Assembly (NCBI RefSeq): GCF_018350175.1
Contig: NC_058383.1
Coordinates: 12,216,001-12,280,000 of the forward strand
DNA: 64,000 nt
Origin: Felis catus
Lineage: Eukaryota
Direction: 5' to 3'
Below the pieces are notes generated by a model that was not told the DNA's origin, ran no database searches, and was given only the letters and a program-made list of their open reading frames with translations. A program made the position numbers and the translations under genes. Positions 12,402-23,614 of this stretch are shown one piece after another; position 1 is the stretch's first letter; each line of letters opens with the position of its first letter.

Positions 12402-12620
12402 AGGGGCGCCTGGGTGGCGCAGTCCGTTAAGCGTCCGACGCTTGATTTCGGCTCAGGTCATGATCTTGCAGGATCGTGGGTTCAAGGCCCACATCGGGCT
12501 CTGCGCTGACAGTGCAGAGCCTGCTTGGGATTCTGTCTCTCTCTCTCTCTCCCTTTCTCCCTGCTCCCCTGCTCATTCTCTCTCTCTTTCTCTCGCAAAA
12601 ATAAATAAACTTAAAAAAAA
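12402..12620 (+). mobile_element. CAN-SINE
   Basis: head, CT tract, A tail; flanks aagaacattcc. Confidence 0.94.
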
Positions 12621-12689
12621 AATCTTCAGGTAAACAAAGAACATTCCCACACTACATTCGCCGACGATCTACAGTCTTACGTCTTTCTT

Positions 12690-12825
12690 CTGCTCTGAGC
12701 CTCGGTTTCCTTATTTCTTCACTAGGGAGGTTAACATGGGGGCTTCGGGGTTTTCGCCAAGAGTGGAAGAGGACCGGCCTTTAAAATCAGTGCCTGGAGC
12801 ATAGCATGTACTTAATAATAATCGC
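12690..12825 (+). mobile_element. MIR remnant
   Basis: ctctgagcctcggtttcctt...cagtgcctggagcatagcatgtacttaataa. Confidence 0.6.
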
Positions 12826-13373
12826 GTCCGTCTCCTTCCCTTCCCTCCCCATCTGTCAGTCATATACTCAGTGGCAGAAGCAAGCTCAAAACTCAATTGC
12901 CTGCTCCCCCACTCCCCCCGGGTGATTCAGGTTGGAGAGCCAGTCCTGCTGGGGGTCTTGGGAGACTCAGGGGATCCCCAACCTGGTGCAGTGGCTGAGC
13001 GTCTCATCCCTGCAGACCTAGTGCCTTTTAAACCACAGTCTGCATTTGTAGCAGGTGACAGCTTGCCAGGGCGTCCGGCCAGGCATCCGGGTCTCCTCCC
13101 TGCCCCGGGCTCCTGTCTCGAAAATCCCAGTGCCCCAGTCTGTCCACCGAGGAGTCCTGCTCAGAACTTCTTCCCCGTGCTCTCTAGGATCTAAGGGTGG
13201 CTTCTAAACTTGATCCCCGATGCTCGCCCGGGCGCCCTCCCTCCCACTGCAGCCCTGCACAGCCTGACAGTCGCGGTGCACCCCTCCCAGCCTCGAGATT
13301 CCTGCCCTCAGGGCCTGGTTCTGAGAAAGGCAGACTTCCAGATTCGCCGTACCTTTGAAGACCAGCCCTTAGG

Positions 13374-13460
13374 CACCTGTTGGGATGAACACTGGGTGTT
13401 GTATGGAAACCAATTTGACAATAAGTTATATTTAATGTATATTTAAAAAAAAAAAAAAAA
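13374..13460 (+). mobile_element. very short L1 3' tail with polyA
   Basis: cacctgttgggatgaacactgggtgttgtatggaaaccaatttgacaataa matches the terminus of the L1 at 6864-7526; TSD 13358-13373 / 13731-13746. Confidence 0.9.
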
Positions 13461-13468
13461 GGACTGTT

Positions 13469-13700
13469 GGGGCGCCCGGGTGGCTCAGTCGGTTGAGCTT
13501 CCGGCTTCGGCTCAGGTCATGATCTCGCGGTCCGTGAGTTCGAGCCCCGCGTGGGGCTCTGTGCTGACAGCTCGGAGCCTGGAGCCTGCTTCCGATTCTG
13601 CGTCTCCCTCTCTCTCTGACCCTCCCCCGTTCATGCTCTATCTCTCTGTGTCTGTCTCAAAAATAAATAAACATTTTGTAAAAAATTAAAAAAAAAAAAA
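13469..13700 (+). mobile_element. CAN-SINE nested in the L1 tail
   Basis: full-length body and A tail. Confidence 0.95.
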
Positions 13701-13879
13701 GGGATTGTGCAGGGAAAAAAAAAAAAAAAAAAGGCCAGCCCTTAGGAGCTGGACAAAGGGATTTGAGAAGCTCTGTTAAGCAATCCCAGAAAAAAATACT
13801 CCTATGGGATGTTCTAGGAGGTTTGCGCCGTGCTTCCCGCTGTATAACCAGCCTTAGTGGAGCTCAGCGGCAAAGCAAA

Positions 13880-14130
13880 ACAGATGAGCAAAGACTAAAT
13901 AAACCAACAGGCCGGGGGCCAGAAGGTCAGAGCCCTCGGCCATTTGCATATGCATTTACCAGCCCAGGGCCAAGCTCCCTGGGCTCCAAGTCACTTAAAA
14001 ATGCGGGTCAAGTCACCGAAAGGTTCTGCTTTTAGGAAAAGCAATTGAGTCCCTAGGCCCTCCAAGAGATCAAAGGACCTTCTTTGTCCTTTAATGAATA
14101 AGCTGCGAATGAATAAGAGAAACAATTGAA
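13880..14130. promoter_or_regulatory. candidate enhancer (Oct/TCF/Sox/Fox motif cluster)
   Basis: ATTTGCAT 13942-13949; AGATCAAAGG 14067-14076; CTTTGTC 14082-14088; AACAAT 14121-14126; TAAATAAAC ~13896. Confidence 0.45.
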
Positions 14131-14951
14131 TTCTCAAGCGACAGAGCGATTACCCCGGGGCCGCGATCCAGCGGGTTTGCACCCCGAACCCTCCTTGGAA
14201 ACGAGAAATCCCAGCCCCCAGCCGCGGCAGGCCTGTGCTTTAAGGGAGCCGGAAGGCAGCCCGGTCCCCAGCTGGAGGAGAAGACGGGAGAGAAGCAGGC
14301 ACACTTTCAAGGACCCAAGTTTCTCCGAAGCCGCTGGAAGTCTGGGGCCCCCGCAGGAATTGAGGGAACCACTAAGAGTTTCGCGGGGAGCTTTGGGGTT
14401 TACACCCTCACTCCTGCGTCCCCTCGGGGCGAGCGCCTCTCCGCACCACGCACACGCGGCCTGAGTTTTTCCAGGGCCCTCGGCCTGGCCTCTGGCTTTG
14501 AGGAAGGCAGACAGATGTCATTCTGGAGCCTGGGCTGGCCCCAGCGAGGGGGACGGAACCACGGGGCCCGCAAAGGGGCCTCAGGCGCCTCTCATTCTAA
14601 AGTTCTCAGCGGCGCCCTGGGCTTAACGAGAGGCTTAATAGACGCCCCGGTTCTGGAGTTTTCTGGAGGTGGGTGTGAATTTTCTGGATTGGCCGGCAGC
14701 ACTGATGAATATTTACCAAAGGCTCCCCGGGAACCTGGCACTTTGCCCAGTCACCGGCTGCCTGGAAATGTCACCCTTCCTCGTCCCTCAGCTGAACTGA
14801 AAACTGGGGGCTATTTTTATTTACTTATTTATTTATTTTAATTTAAACTCAAGTTCGTTAACATACAGCGGTAGCATAGTCTTCAAATGACAGGCAGGAA
14901 ATAATCAAGGCTTCATTAACACCTTCACCTTCGTGCTGTTGAAGAGAGACA

Positions 14952-15165
14952 GGGGGCGCCTGGGTGGTTCAGTCCCTTAAGCGTCCGACGTCAGCTCAGG
15001 TCATGATCTCACGGTTCGTGGGTTCGAGCCCCGCGTCCGGCTCTGTGCCTACAGCTCAGAGCCTGGAGCCTGCTTCAGATTCTGTGTCTCCCTCTCTGTC
15101 TGGCCTTCCCCTACTCGCACTCGGTCTCTCTCTGTCTCTTGAAAATAAATAAATGTTTAAAAAGA
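14952..15165 (+). mobile_element. CAN-SINE
   Basis: full length. Confidence 0.95.
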
Positions 15166-15623
15166 GAGAAAGACAGGAATGAGGAAGAGGGGAGTGGGGA
15201 GAGGGGAGGGAATCCAAATAAATACCCCAATCCCAGGACACACTACTGAAAGGGTATCTGAGCTTCTTAAACCTGCCGCCTCCCGTCTGGGTCATTGTTA
15301 AGGACCCTTCAGGGCCGGACCGCCTTCCTTTCCAGAACCTGAGAATAAAAACGGATTAATTCGGCTGTAATTCTTCACATAAGAGAAAGAGCCCTGGCTT
15401 CATGAAAGATCTGACTACGAGGCTCGTTGAAGTAGAGAATTTTCCTTCTATTATTTCAAGCGGGATTAGATTTACATGCAACCTCTCTCAGGCAAAATGA
15501 GGTCCAACCCTAAGGGGGTTTATCCAATAACTGGGTTGAATTACAAGTCGCCAGAATTTACAGACTTCGGTGCTTTGGGGCACAGGATTCGGGGTTCCTA
15601 CATTCCATTAAAAGACGGGGAGA

Positions 15624-15840
15624 GGGGCGCCTGGGTGGCGCAGTCGGTTAAGCGTCCGACTTCAGCCAGGTCACGATCTCACGGTCCGTGGGTTCGAGCC
15701 CCGCGTCGGGCTCTGGGCTGACGGCTCCGAGCCTGGAGCCTGTTTCCGATTCTGTGTCTCCCTCTCTCTCTGCCCCTCCCCCGTTCATGCTCTGTCTCTC
15801 TCTGTCCCAAAAATAAATAAAAAACGTTGAAAAAAAAAAA
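15624..15840 (+). mobile_element. young SINEC_Fc
   Basis: near-consensus body; perfect TSD aaaagacggggaga 15610-15623 / 15837-15850. Confidence 0.97.
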
Positions 15841-16222
15841 GACGGGGAGAGAGCTGGATGGAGAGGCCTGGGGTCCATCCAGGCACCTGCTCATAGGGCC
15901 TTGGGCAAATCCCGTGTCCTCTGTACGAATCAACTGCTTTCTCTGGAACATGATGGGGTAGTCCCGGGTAGTCTCTGGATCTCCCAGGTCCACGAATCTG
16001 CATTCATTATCATCCAAGTTCCTATTTGTGATTTTTCTGCCTTGCATTAATTCAGAAGGAAGGACAGGATGCCCGGAGAGATGTATCCATTTCCACCGAA
16101 TAGAATTTATCTTCCAGGCTCTGGGTGCAAGGGAGACAGAGAGGAATACGGTTTGGAGACTGCTTCTGGAAGCTGAAACAGACTAAGGAATATGGAAAGC
16201 AGTCTAAAGACGAAAGCAGATT

Positions 16223-16450
16223 GGGGTTCCTGGGTGGTTCAGTCGGTTGGGCGTCCGACTTCGGCTCAGGTCGTGATCTCACGGTTTGTGAGTTCAAGCC
16301 CCGTGTCGGGCTCTGCGCTGGCAGCTCGGAGCCTGGAGCCTGCTTCGGATTCTGTGTCTCCCTCTCTCTCTGCCCCTTCCTCACTCGAGCTCTCTCTGTC
16401 TCTCTCTCTCTTAAGAATAAACATTAAAAAAAAAAAAAAAAAAGAAAAGA
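16223..16450 (+). mobile_element. CAN-SINE
   Basis: TSD aaagacgaaagcaga / aaagaccaaagcaga. Confidence 0.95.
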
Positions 16451-18319
16451 CCAAAGCAGAGAGAATGGGCGCCACTTTGGGGGGGATAAGAGAGTGCATC
16501 AGAATACATCAGAGCTAATTCTGAATCAAAGCAGACAAGGCAGGGCACGGTCTTCTGGAAACCTTAAACACAGAGTCAGATCTGCCCCAGTGCTCACTAA
16601 TGTGCCGTCCTAGCTTAACTCATTCGAAAAAGGTCCCGTCGAACCTTCCGACGGATCTTAAGGGAAGAGTCCCCATAGATTCCTCATAGATTTCTGCCAT
16701 CCCGGACAGAGAGGGTGGAAAAATTCTCCCGCTCCCCACAGCACTTCTGATAAACTCCCTTACACCATGTGAGCTTCTAATCAAGGTCTAGGAAGCTAGA
16801 TTCATTAATTTTAATGAATCGCTAGAACCACCCAAACAAGAGCCCTTGCTAAAAAAACCCTTGCCTGAGTAAGATGACAGGTATCCTTCCGAGTAGGAAA
16901 AAAAAAAAAAAAAAATCCGTAGAAAACTAAAAAAGGAAAGAAAAAGGCATGGTTGGGGGGGTAAGAAATCACTTTGGAACCTCTGGATTTCTCCAGTCAC
17001 AATTTACAATCTACATTTCAAGGTCAATTGAACCACTTGATGGCCAATTTGGGGACACGCAGAGAGATACATGAGGAATTATAAATAGGCATAAGGGTTT
17101 CTGACACCAAATAGACCCTCACAGCCACACATGGCTGAGTCCGTAATGATCTCAGGTCATTCCCCCAAAGCGCGGGTCAAAGGGGCTCCGTGAGCACAGG
17201 GACTGTTGATTTCACACCGGCCTGGTGACATCCATTCCGCTCCAGTCCTGGGCACGGACTCTCAACGTGGAGATATGGCACTAGTGAGCTGCGAGGGGGA
17301 AAATCAGGATTTAAAGTGGTTGCGGAAACCTGACCCTTCTCTGACAGCCCAGGGCTCTCTTCTCAATTCTGAACCGTCTATCCTGTTTCAGGGACGACAC
17401 CCTGTGGGTTCTGATGGGTCACGATCGGGGAACACCGGGCCCTGACGGAGATGGTCGTCCACGGGGACTGGAAGTCATCCAGGAGGGGACTTTGTCCAAG
17501 GGGTCAAAGGAAGTGCCTGAGGAACCGGAAAGTAGAATCGGTCTGTCTGTCTGTACGCCCCAACCTGACAGCCTGTGGTGGTCACGGTGAAGGGGAGGCC
17601 TCAACTCTTTCGAGCGTAGGGAAAAAATTCATCCCCACGTCAAGACGAAGCCCCCACGTGGGTATTCAAATATGACTTCGTTTGGCCACTTTCCTTCGGG
17701 GGCCGAATCAGAAGTTTAGGGAGCCTTGCCTTCGTAGAACACGTCTGAAGATTGCACACTGTTTCGTCCTTGCCGCCAAATGTTCGAAAGCCGGTGTAGA
17801 CGCGGCTGCGTCACAATCACCATTTCTCACGCGTGCCCTAAACCTCACTGCCAGAGATCTGGGTTTAGCGGGTTACCAGCGCTTCGGTCTCCCCACTGCT
17901 CACTGGGGAAACTGAGTGGTGGAAAAGGCATTCATATTTCATGATAGAGCTCATTCAATTCTTCTTGGGAATTCAATTCTTCTTGGGCAGGGGAGTTGCC
18001 TCGGAAAACGAGGCAGCTGGTTCCGGACCGAGCCCCGAATGGCCCAGAGATATTCAACCCCCGTCCGACGTTCATTCCCTCGCTAATCCGTTTTTTCCCC
18101 TCCTCTCCATTTGGAGGGTCTCTTTCCCCTTAAATTTCCTGCTTGTCTGGCTGCGACACCCGGGGCCTTGAACGTGATCCGGTCCGCCCCCGAACCCACA
18201 GCCGAACACGCGCTCTCGTGTTAAACCCTACAGCTCAGTCCTGTACTTCATCAAGGCACGATCGCAGCCGCAACACCTGAACATGCCCCCTAATACGTTG
18301 TGACACCCTATTACTACCG

Positions 18320-18500
18320 TGCCTTTATGGCCTTCAAGGGAAATTACATTTTAAATTATAGCGCACAAGTATAATGGAAAATCTAATTGTAGCAATGACA
18401 ATTTATTTATCAATCATTTATCATTTTGATTTATAAGGTGCCCAACTTGATTTAAAGGTAGCTAACGTTCTAAAATCTCAGGGCACCCGTACAATCAAGT
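18320..18500. promoter_or_regulatory. candidate enhancer (PBX/HOX/MEIS/CDX motif cluster)
   Basis: AT-rich unique island with TTTATGGCC 18324, TGACA 18396, ATCAATCA 18409-18416, TGATTTAT 18427-18434. Confidence 0.45.
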
Positions 18501-19193
18501 ACACGTTGGAAGCAGCAGACTGAACAAGGGGGCTGATTTTCTACAGCCTTCCGCTCATCTTTTCCCAGGGCTGACGCTAGGAGCCCAGCGAGGTTGAGCC
18601 CAGGGACCTCCAGGCAGTAGCTCGGAACTTCTTGATATCACATCTCATGTATTATAGAATTTGGCGGCCATGAAGCGTCAACGTTAACAGGGAGCCAGGT
18701 CCAGTCGTATTGATATTTCCACGTGCCGGGTTTACACGGCCTCGGAATTCAGAGGTAGGAGGGGCTTCCAGAAGCAAACTGATGGCCTTGTCCCCCTCCT
18801 CCCTCTTGCTTCTAAGGAGTGTGCCTCTAGGATTCACCCAAAGGCGTCCGTAAGTGCAGGTTATCAGCCCTTTGCACGCAACCCACCCCGTGGTGCAGAT
18901 TCCTACGTTCTTGCTCCCAAACTCTTCCTTCCTCCCTGTCAGACGTCCGTGGGCTTTGTTCTAGAATCTGAGCACCTCTTTGACCGCCATGCTTGCTTAA
19001 GCTCGATGTGTCCTTCAAAGCCTGGCCCACCTGTATCTGGGCTTAGCTTTCATGACCCATCAACAAGGTCTACCCAACGCACACCTTCACCGTGCCCTAG
19101 TTTCCCACTTGACTGCACTCATTCATTCTGGCTCTGGAAGCCCCAGATGACCTCACCGTGAAGCAACACCCCAGTTAAAGCGTCAGGAGTCTT

Positions 19194-19420
19194 GGGATGC
19201 CTGGATGGCTCAGTCGGTGAACCATCAGACACGATATCGGCTCAGGTCGTGACCTTGGGGTTGTGAGGTCGAGCCCCACGTCGGGCTCCGTGCTGATCTT
19301 GGAGCCTGCTTGAGATTCTTTCTCTCTCTCTCTCTGCCCTTCCCCCACTCATGAGTGCACACACACTCTCTCTCTTTCCCTCAAAATAAATAAATAAACA
19401 TTTAAAAAATAAGTCAATAA
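19194..19420 (+). mobile_element. CAN-SINE (older)
   Basis: degenerate head gggatgcctggatggctcag; A tail. Confidence 0.92.
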
Positions 19421-19555
19421 AGCATCAGAAATCCTAGGAGATCTGAAGCCTCAGACGTGTTGTTGCGGCAAATGAACCAAACTCAGAGACTCTGAGGGAG
19501 AACCATGCCCACAGGTCAAACTCAGTGGTCACATAGGGTTTTCCAGAGCATAGTT

Positions 19556-19557
19556 TT

Positions 19558-19608
<51 letters not shown>

Positions 19609-19839
19609 CCTTTCTTTCTTTCTTTCTTCTTTCTTTCTTTCTTTCATCTTTCTTTCTTTCATCTTTCTTTCTTTCTTCCTTTCTTCTTTCTTTTTCTCTC
19701 TTTCTCTCTTTCTTCTTTCTCTCTTTCTTTCTTCTTTCTTTCTTTCTTTCTTCTTTCTTTCTTTCTCCTTTCTTCTTTCTTTCTTTCTCCTTTCTTCTTT
19801 CTTTCTTTCTCCTTTCTTCTTTCTTTCTTTCTCCTTTCT

Positions 19840-19883
<44 letters not shown>

Positions 19884-19885
19884 TC
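19556..19885. repeat. complex (TTTC)n microsatellite, the expanded tail of the adjacent minus-strand SINE
   Basis: ~330 bp almost pure polypyrimidine tract. Confidence 0.97.
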
Positions 19886-20078
19886 GTATTTTGAGAGAGA
19901 CAGAGAGAGAGAGCTCAAGAAGGGGAGGGACAGAGAGAAAGACAGAGAATCCCAAGCAGGTTCAGCCCTGTCCACTTGGAGCCTGACAAGGGGCTTGGAC
20001 TCACGAACCATGAGATCATGACCTCAGCCAGAAATCAGGAGTTGGACACTTAACCGACTGAACCACCCGGGCGTCCCC
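19886..20078 (-). mobile_element. CAN-SINE
   Basis: reverse-complement body ending ccacccgggcgtcccc. Confidence 0.93.
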
Positions 20079-20428
20079 AGACCGTGGTTTCAACTCAGCA
20101 CACACACACACGGCAGGCATCAAGCTAACTGGGGTCCTACCACGAAGGGATTTTTCCCAACTACATGTTCTTTGAATTCTGGCCTTCTACCTTCCAAGGC
20201 GAAATTTTTTCCACTACACCCAACTGTTCGCCAATTCAACACATCCCTCATCATTTACGCTCAACCTTGTTTGGAAAAAGACCTTGGGGTCCCTAAGCTG
20301 CCACTGTGAGAAAACACGACTCTTCTTTGCTTCTTCAGGGTTCTGACACTTGGCATTCCCAAATGCCTTGATCACTTAATAGTTATCATTTCTTGACTTA
20401 GGCTAAAATGACCTTTAAGGGCCTTTCT

Positions 20429-20650
20429 TGGGGGCATCTGGGTGGCTCAGTGGCTTGAGCGTCCGTCTCATGATTTCGGCCCTGGTCATGATCCCAGGAT
20501 CGTGGGATCGAGCCCTTTGTTGGGCTCCATGTGAAGGAGCCTACTTGAGATTCTCTCTCTTTCCCTCTGAAATAAAATAAGTAAATATTTCCCTAAGAAA
20601 TAAAATAAATAAAATAGATATATATATGTATATTTATATATAAAATAAAA
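20429..20650 (+). mobile_element. CAN-SINE (older) with AT-rich tail
   Basis: ggggcatctgggtggctcag head. Confidence 0.9.
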
Positions 20651-21072
20651 TGTCCCGTAGGGCTCATGATCTTCCCCCAGCAAGAAAGACGAATCTCCAA
20701 AAACAACTGATGGTTGGATCATCTGCCCCCTTACGCATGATGGGGGACCACTTGGGATTCGCAATGAACTCTGTACACACCCCCACCATTTTCTTGCCTG
20801 AAAAAAGAAGGTAAAGTTTTCTCGCCTCCCTCGCACTAACTTGAAGGCATAGAAGGTTGGAAAGCCAACCTTCGATCTGTTTTTAGAGGGAACAGGGCTG
20901 ACCCAACTCTCTATGTGGTTTGATTTCCAGACAACTGTTCGGCCCCTGGAAACATTCCCTTTGGGATTTGTGCTGAACATAGTGCTTGACATGCCCTAGG
21001 CTCTTAAAATACATTAGCTGGCAATTATTATCAGTATTATAATGATTATTGCTACTATGTGTTAAAATCTGT

Positions 21073-21232
21073 TGGGGGCACCTGGGTGGCACCCTTATCT
21101 TGATTTTTGGCTCAGGGCATGATCTTACAGTTGATGAGTTCAATCCCCTTCTCTGGCTCTGCACTGAGAGTGTGGAGCCGGCTTGGGATTCTCTGTCTCC
21201 CTCTCTCTGCCCCTCCCCCACTCACCTGTACG

Positions 21233-21265
<33 letters not shown>

Positions 21266-21290
21266 AAAAATAAATAAACATTTTTTTAAA
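21073..21290 (+). mobile_element. CAN-SINE
   Basis: head with internal deletion, (CT)n, tail. Confidence 0.92.
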
Positions 21291-21330
21291 GATCTCTTAA
21301 AATTGATTCAAATGCATTGACTATTATGTC

Positions 21331-21333
<3 letters not shown>

Positions 21334-21369
<36 letters not shown>
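21334..21369. repeat. (TG)n microsatellite
   Basis: direct reading. Confidence 0.97.
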
Positions 21370-21370
<1 letters not shown>

Positions 21371-21427
21371 GGGAGCGGGAAGGAGCATTTGATCCCTTGT
21401 TCTAAGAAGGCATAATTTAGATATTAA

Positions 21428-21643
21428 ATTTTTTTAATGTTTATTCTTTTATTTTTGAGAGAGGGAGAGAGAGAGAACAAGCAGGGGAGGGGCAGAGAGG
21501 GAGAGGGAGCCAGAGAACCCAAAGCAGGCTCTGGGCTATCAGCGCAGAGCCTGACGCGGGGCTCGAACTCACGAACTGTGAGATCATGACCTGAGCCGAA
21601 GTCGGACGCCCAGCCAACGGAGCCCCCCCCCCGCAGGCGCCCC
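21428..21643 (-). mobile_element. CAN-SINE
   Basis: reverse-complement full length. Confidence 0.94.
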
Positions 21644-22489
21644 TATATTTTAAAAAATCATGAGAGCAACTTGCACGTTCACTGCACTTCACCTTTGCGT
21701 GCAAGGTGGACTTTTAGAAGTCAGCTCAAACACCAAAGTAATGGAACCAAGAAGGAGCAGGATGCCACCCCGGCGTCAGCACGGACGTCCTTATCAACTC
21801 CACCCCAGCCAGTCCCCACCCCAGTACCGACCAGCTCGGCCGTGGTGTGGCACGCCTCACTTTAGCGCTCTCGGCGAGTAAGGACGCAATTGGCTGAGCA
21901 CCTGCCATAGCCACACAGCCGTCTGGGTGGTAACTTTCTCCAACCCATCTTGTCCCCTGGCTTTCTGCTGAGGCTGAGGAACCCGGTTCTGAGCTGCGGA
22001 CAGTGCGGCTAAAACCCTGCCGCCCTAACTCGGTCTGCTACCGCTCTTTTCTGGTGGCCAGACTTTGTCCCACGTGTCTCCCAGGTGGCCAGTACCTGTC
22101 TGCCACTGACACCTGAGCGTTCCTCCACCCCGCAACCTAGAACCTTCCACCGTGCTCCACCCACTGGACGTGATCTCCTGGGAACGTGAGGGCAAAGCCA
22201 GTTCTACCCACCGTTGGTTCTTCTGCCAACTCGGACACTCGTCATGGGAATCCAGACTCTTCCACCCCAAGGTGGGATCAGTGATCTCCAGCCGTGCCCG
22301 GACCTGATCTCGTCTTCCACCTGTGACTCGGGTGCCCCTACACGAGCTATGACGTGAAGGGTCAGAGGAGGGAACAAGACGTCAACAGACAGGATTGCAC
22401 AAATCTCCACCCGAGCCCTGGGAAGCCTAACGCATGGGACACCCATCGCCCTTCTCAGTAGCTTAGCCTCAGGTCAGAGTTTAATTCTT

Positions 22490-22610
22490 TCACTAGACTT
22501 TGAACACCTGGAAGGCAGGGACCGAATCTCACTGTCGCGTCCCCAGTGCCCGGCATAATGCCACAGGCACCTGACATGCTCGGTTGGTGTCTGTTGACTA
22601 AATGAACATC
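22490..22610 (+). mobile_element. L2 3' end
   Basis: cactagactttgaacacctggaaggcagggacc...gtccccagtgcccggcataatg...gttgactaaatgaa. Confidence 0.7.
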
Positions 22611-22825
22611 CCAACAACTATCCTCGATTTCCGGCTCCCAGGTATCACTCCAAGGTCCGGTTCTGCCACGGGAGCAAAATGGACGCTTAGTTTTCTACTA
22701 GCCAACAAGTCAGCCACATGGTATTATTAATATCTGCCCTGACAAGAGTACTCCGAACCCGTTAAACGTCATTCCAATGTGTCCGTCATAGAAAGTCGAG
22801 TTCGCGCAGATAAGCAACAGGTACG

Positions 22826-23489
22826 AAATGCAGATCAAAACCATGGTGAGCTCCCATTTCACACCCACCAGGAGGGTAATAATTACAGAAAATAGTAAGT
22901 GTTGTTGACGATGTGGGGAGATCGGAACTCCGAACGCTGCTGGTGGGAGTGTAAAATGGCCTACCCCCGCGCGAACAATAATTTGGTGGCTCCTCAAAAA
23001 GTTCAAAAGGCACTGCTAGGTATTTATCCAAAAGATACAAAAACACTGATTCGAAAGGGCACACGCACCCCCGTGTTTATAGCAGCACTGTCGACAACGG
23101 CCAAAGTATGGAAAGAGCCCAAATATCCATCGGCCGATGAATGGATAACAAGAGGTGGCATATATCGCGTTGGAATATTACTCAGCCGTCAAAAAGAATG
23201 AAAGCTTGCCATTTGCAATGATGTGGATGGAGCTGGAGGGTATTATGCTGAGCGAAATAAGCCAGTCAGATGAAAGACAAATACCATATGATTTCACTCC
23301 TGGGTGCAGTTTACGAAACAAAACAGATGAACGCAGGGAAGGGGAAGGAAAAATAAAATAATATAAAAACAGAGAAGGAGGCGAGTCATAAGACCCCCTT
23401 AACTGTAGAGAAAAAGCCGAGAGTTGCTGGAGGGGAGGTGGGTAGGGGATGGGCTAAATGGGTGATGGGCATTAAGGAGGGCACCCGTT
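22826..23489 (+). mobile_element. L1 ORF2 C-terminus + 3' UTR fragment(s)
   Basis: ORFs 22899..23201 (LLGIYPKDTKTLIRKGTRTPVFIAALST) and 23155..23361 (YYSAVKKNE...WMELEGIMLSEISQS) are a frameshifted L1 ORF2p C-terminus. Confidence 0.93.
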
Positions 23490-23614
23490 GGGGGCGCCCG
23501 GGTGGCTCAGCCGGTTAAGCATCCGACTTCAACTCGGGACACGATCTCGAGGTTTGTGAGCTCGAGCCCCAAGTCGGGCTCTGGGCTGACGGCTCGGAGC
23601 CCGGAGCCTGCTTC
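23490..23614 (+). mobile_element. 3'-truncated CAN-SINE
   Basis: head to gagcctgcttc, no tail. Confidence 0.9.

Noticed and set aside
19505..20011. Long F/S/L-rich and K/E/R-rich ORFs
   Set aside because: Translations of the (TTTC)n microsatellite
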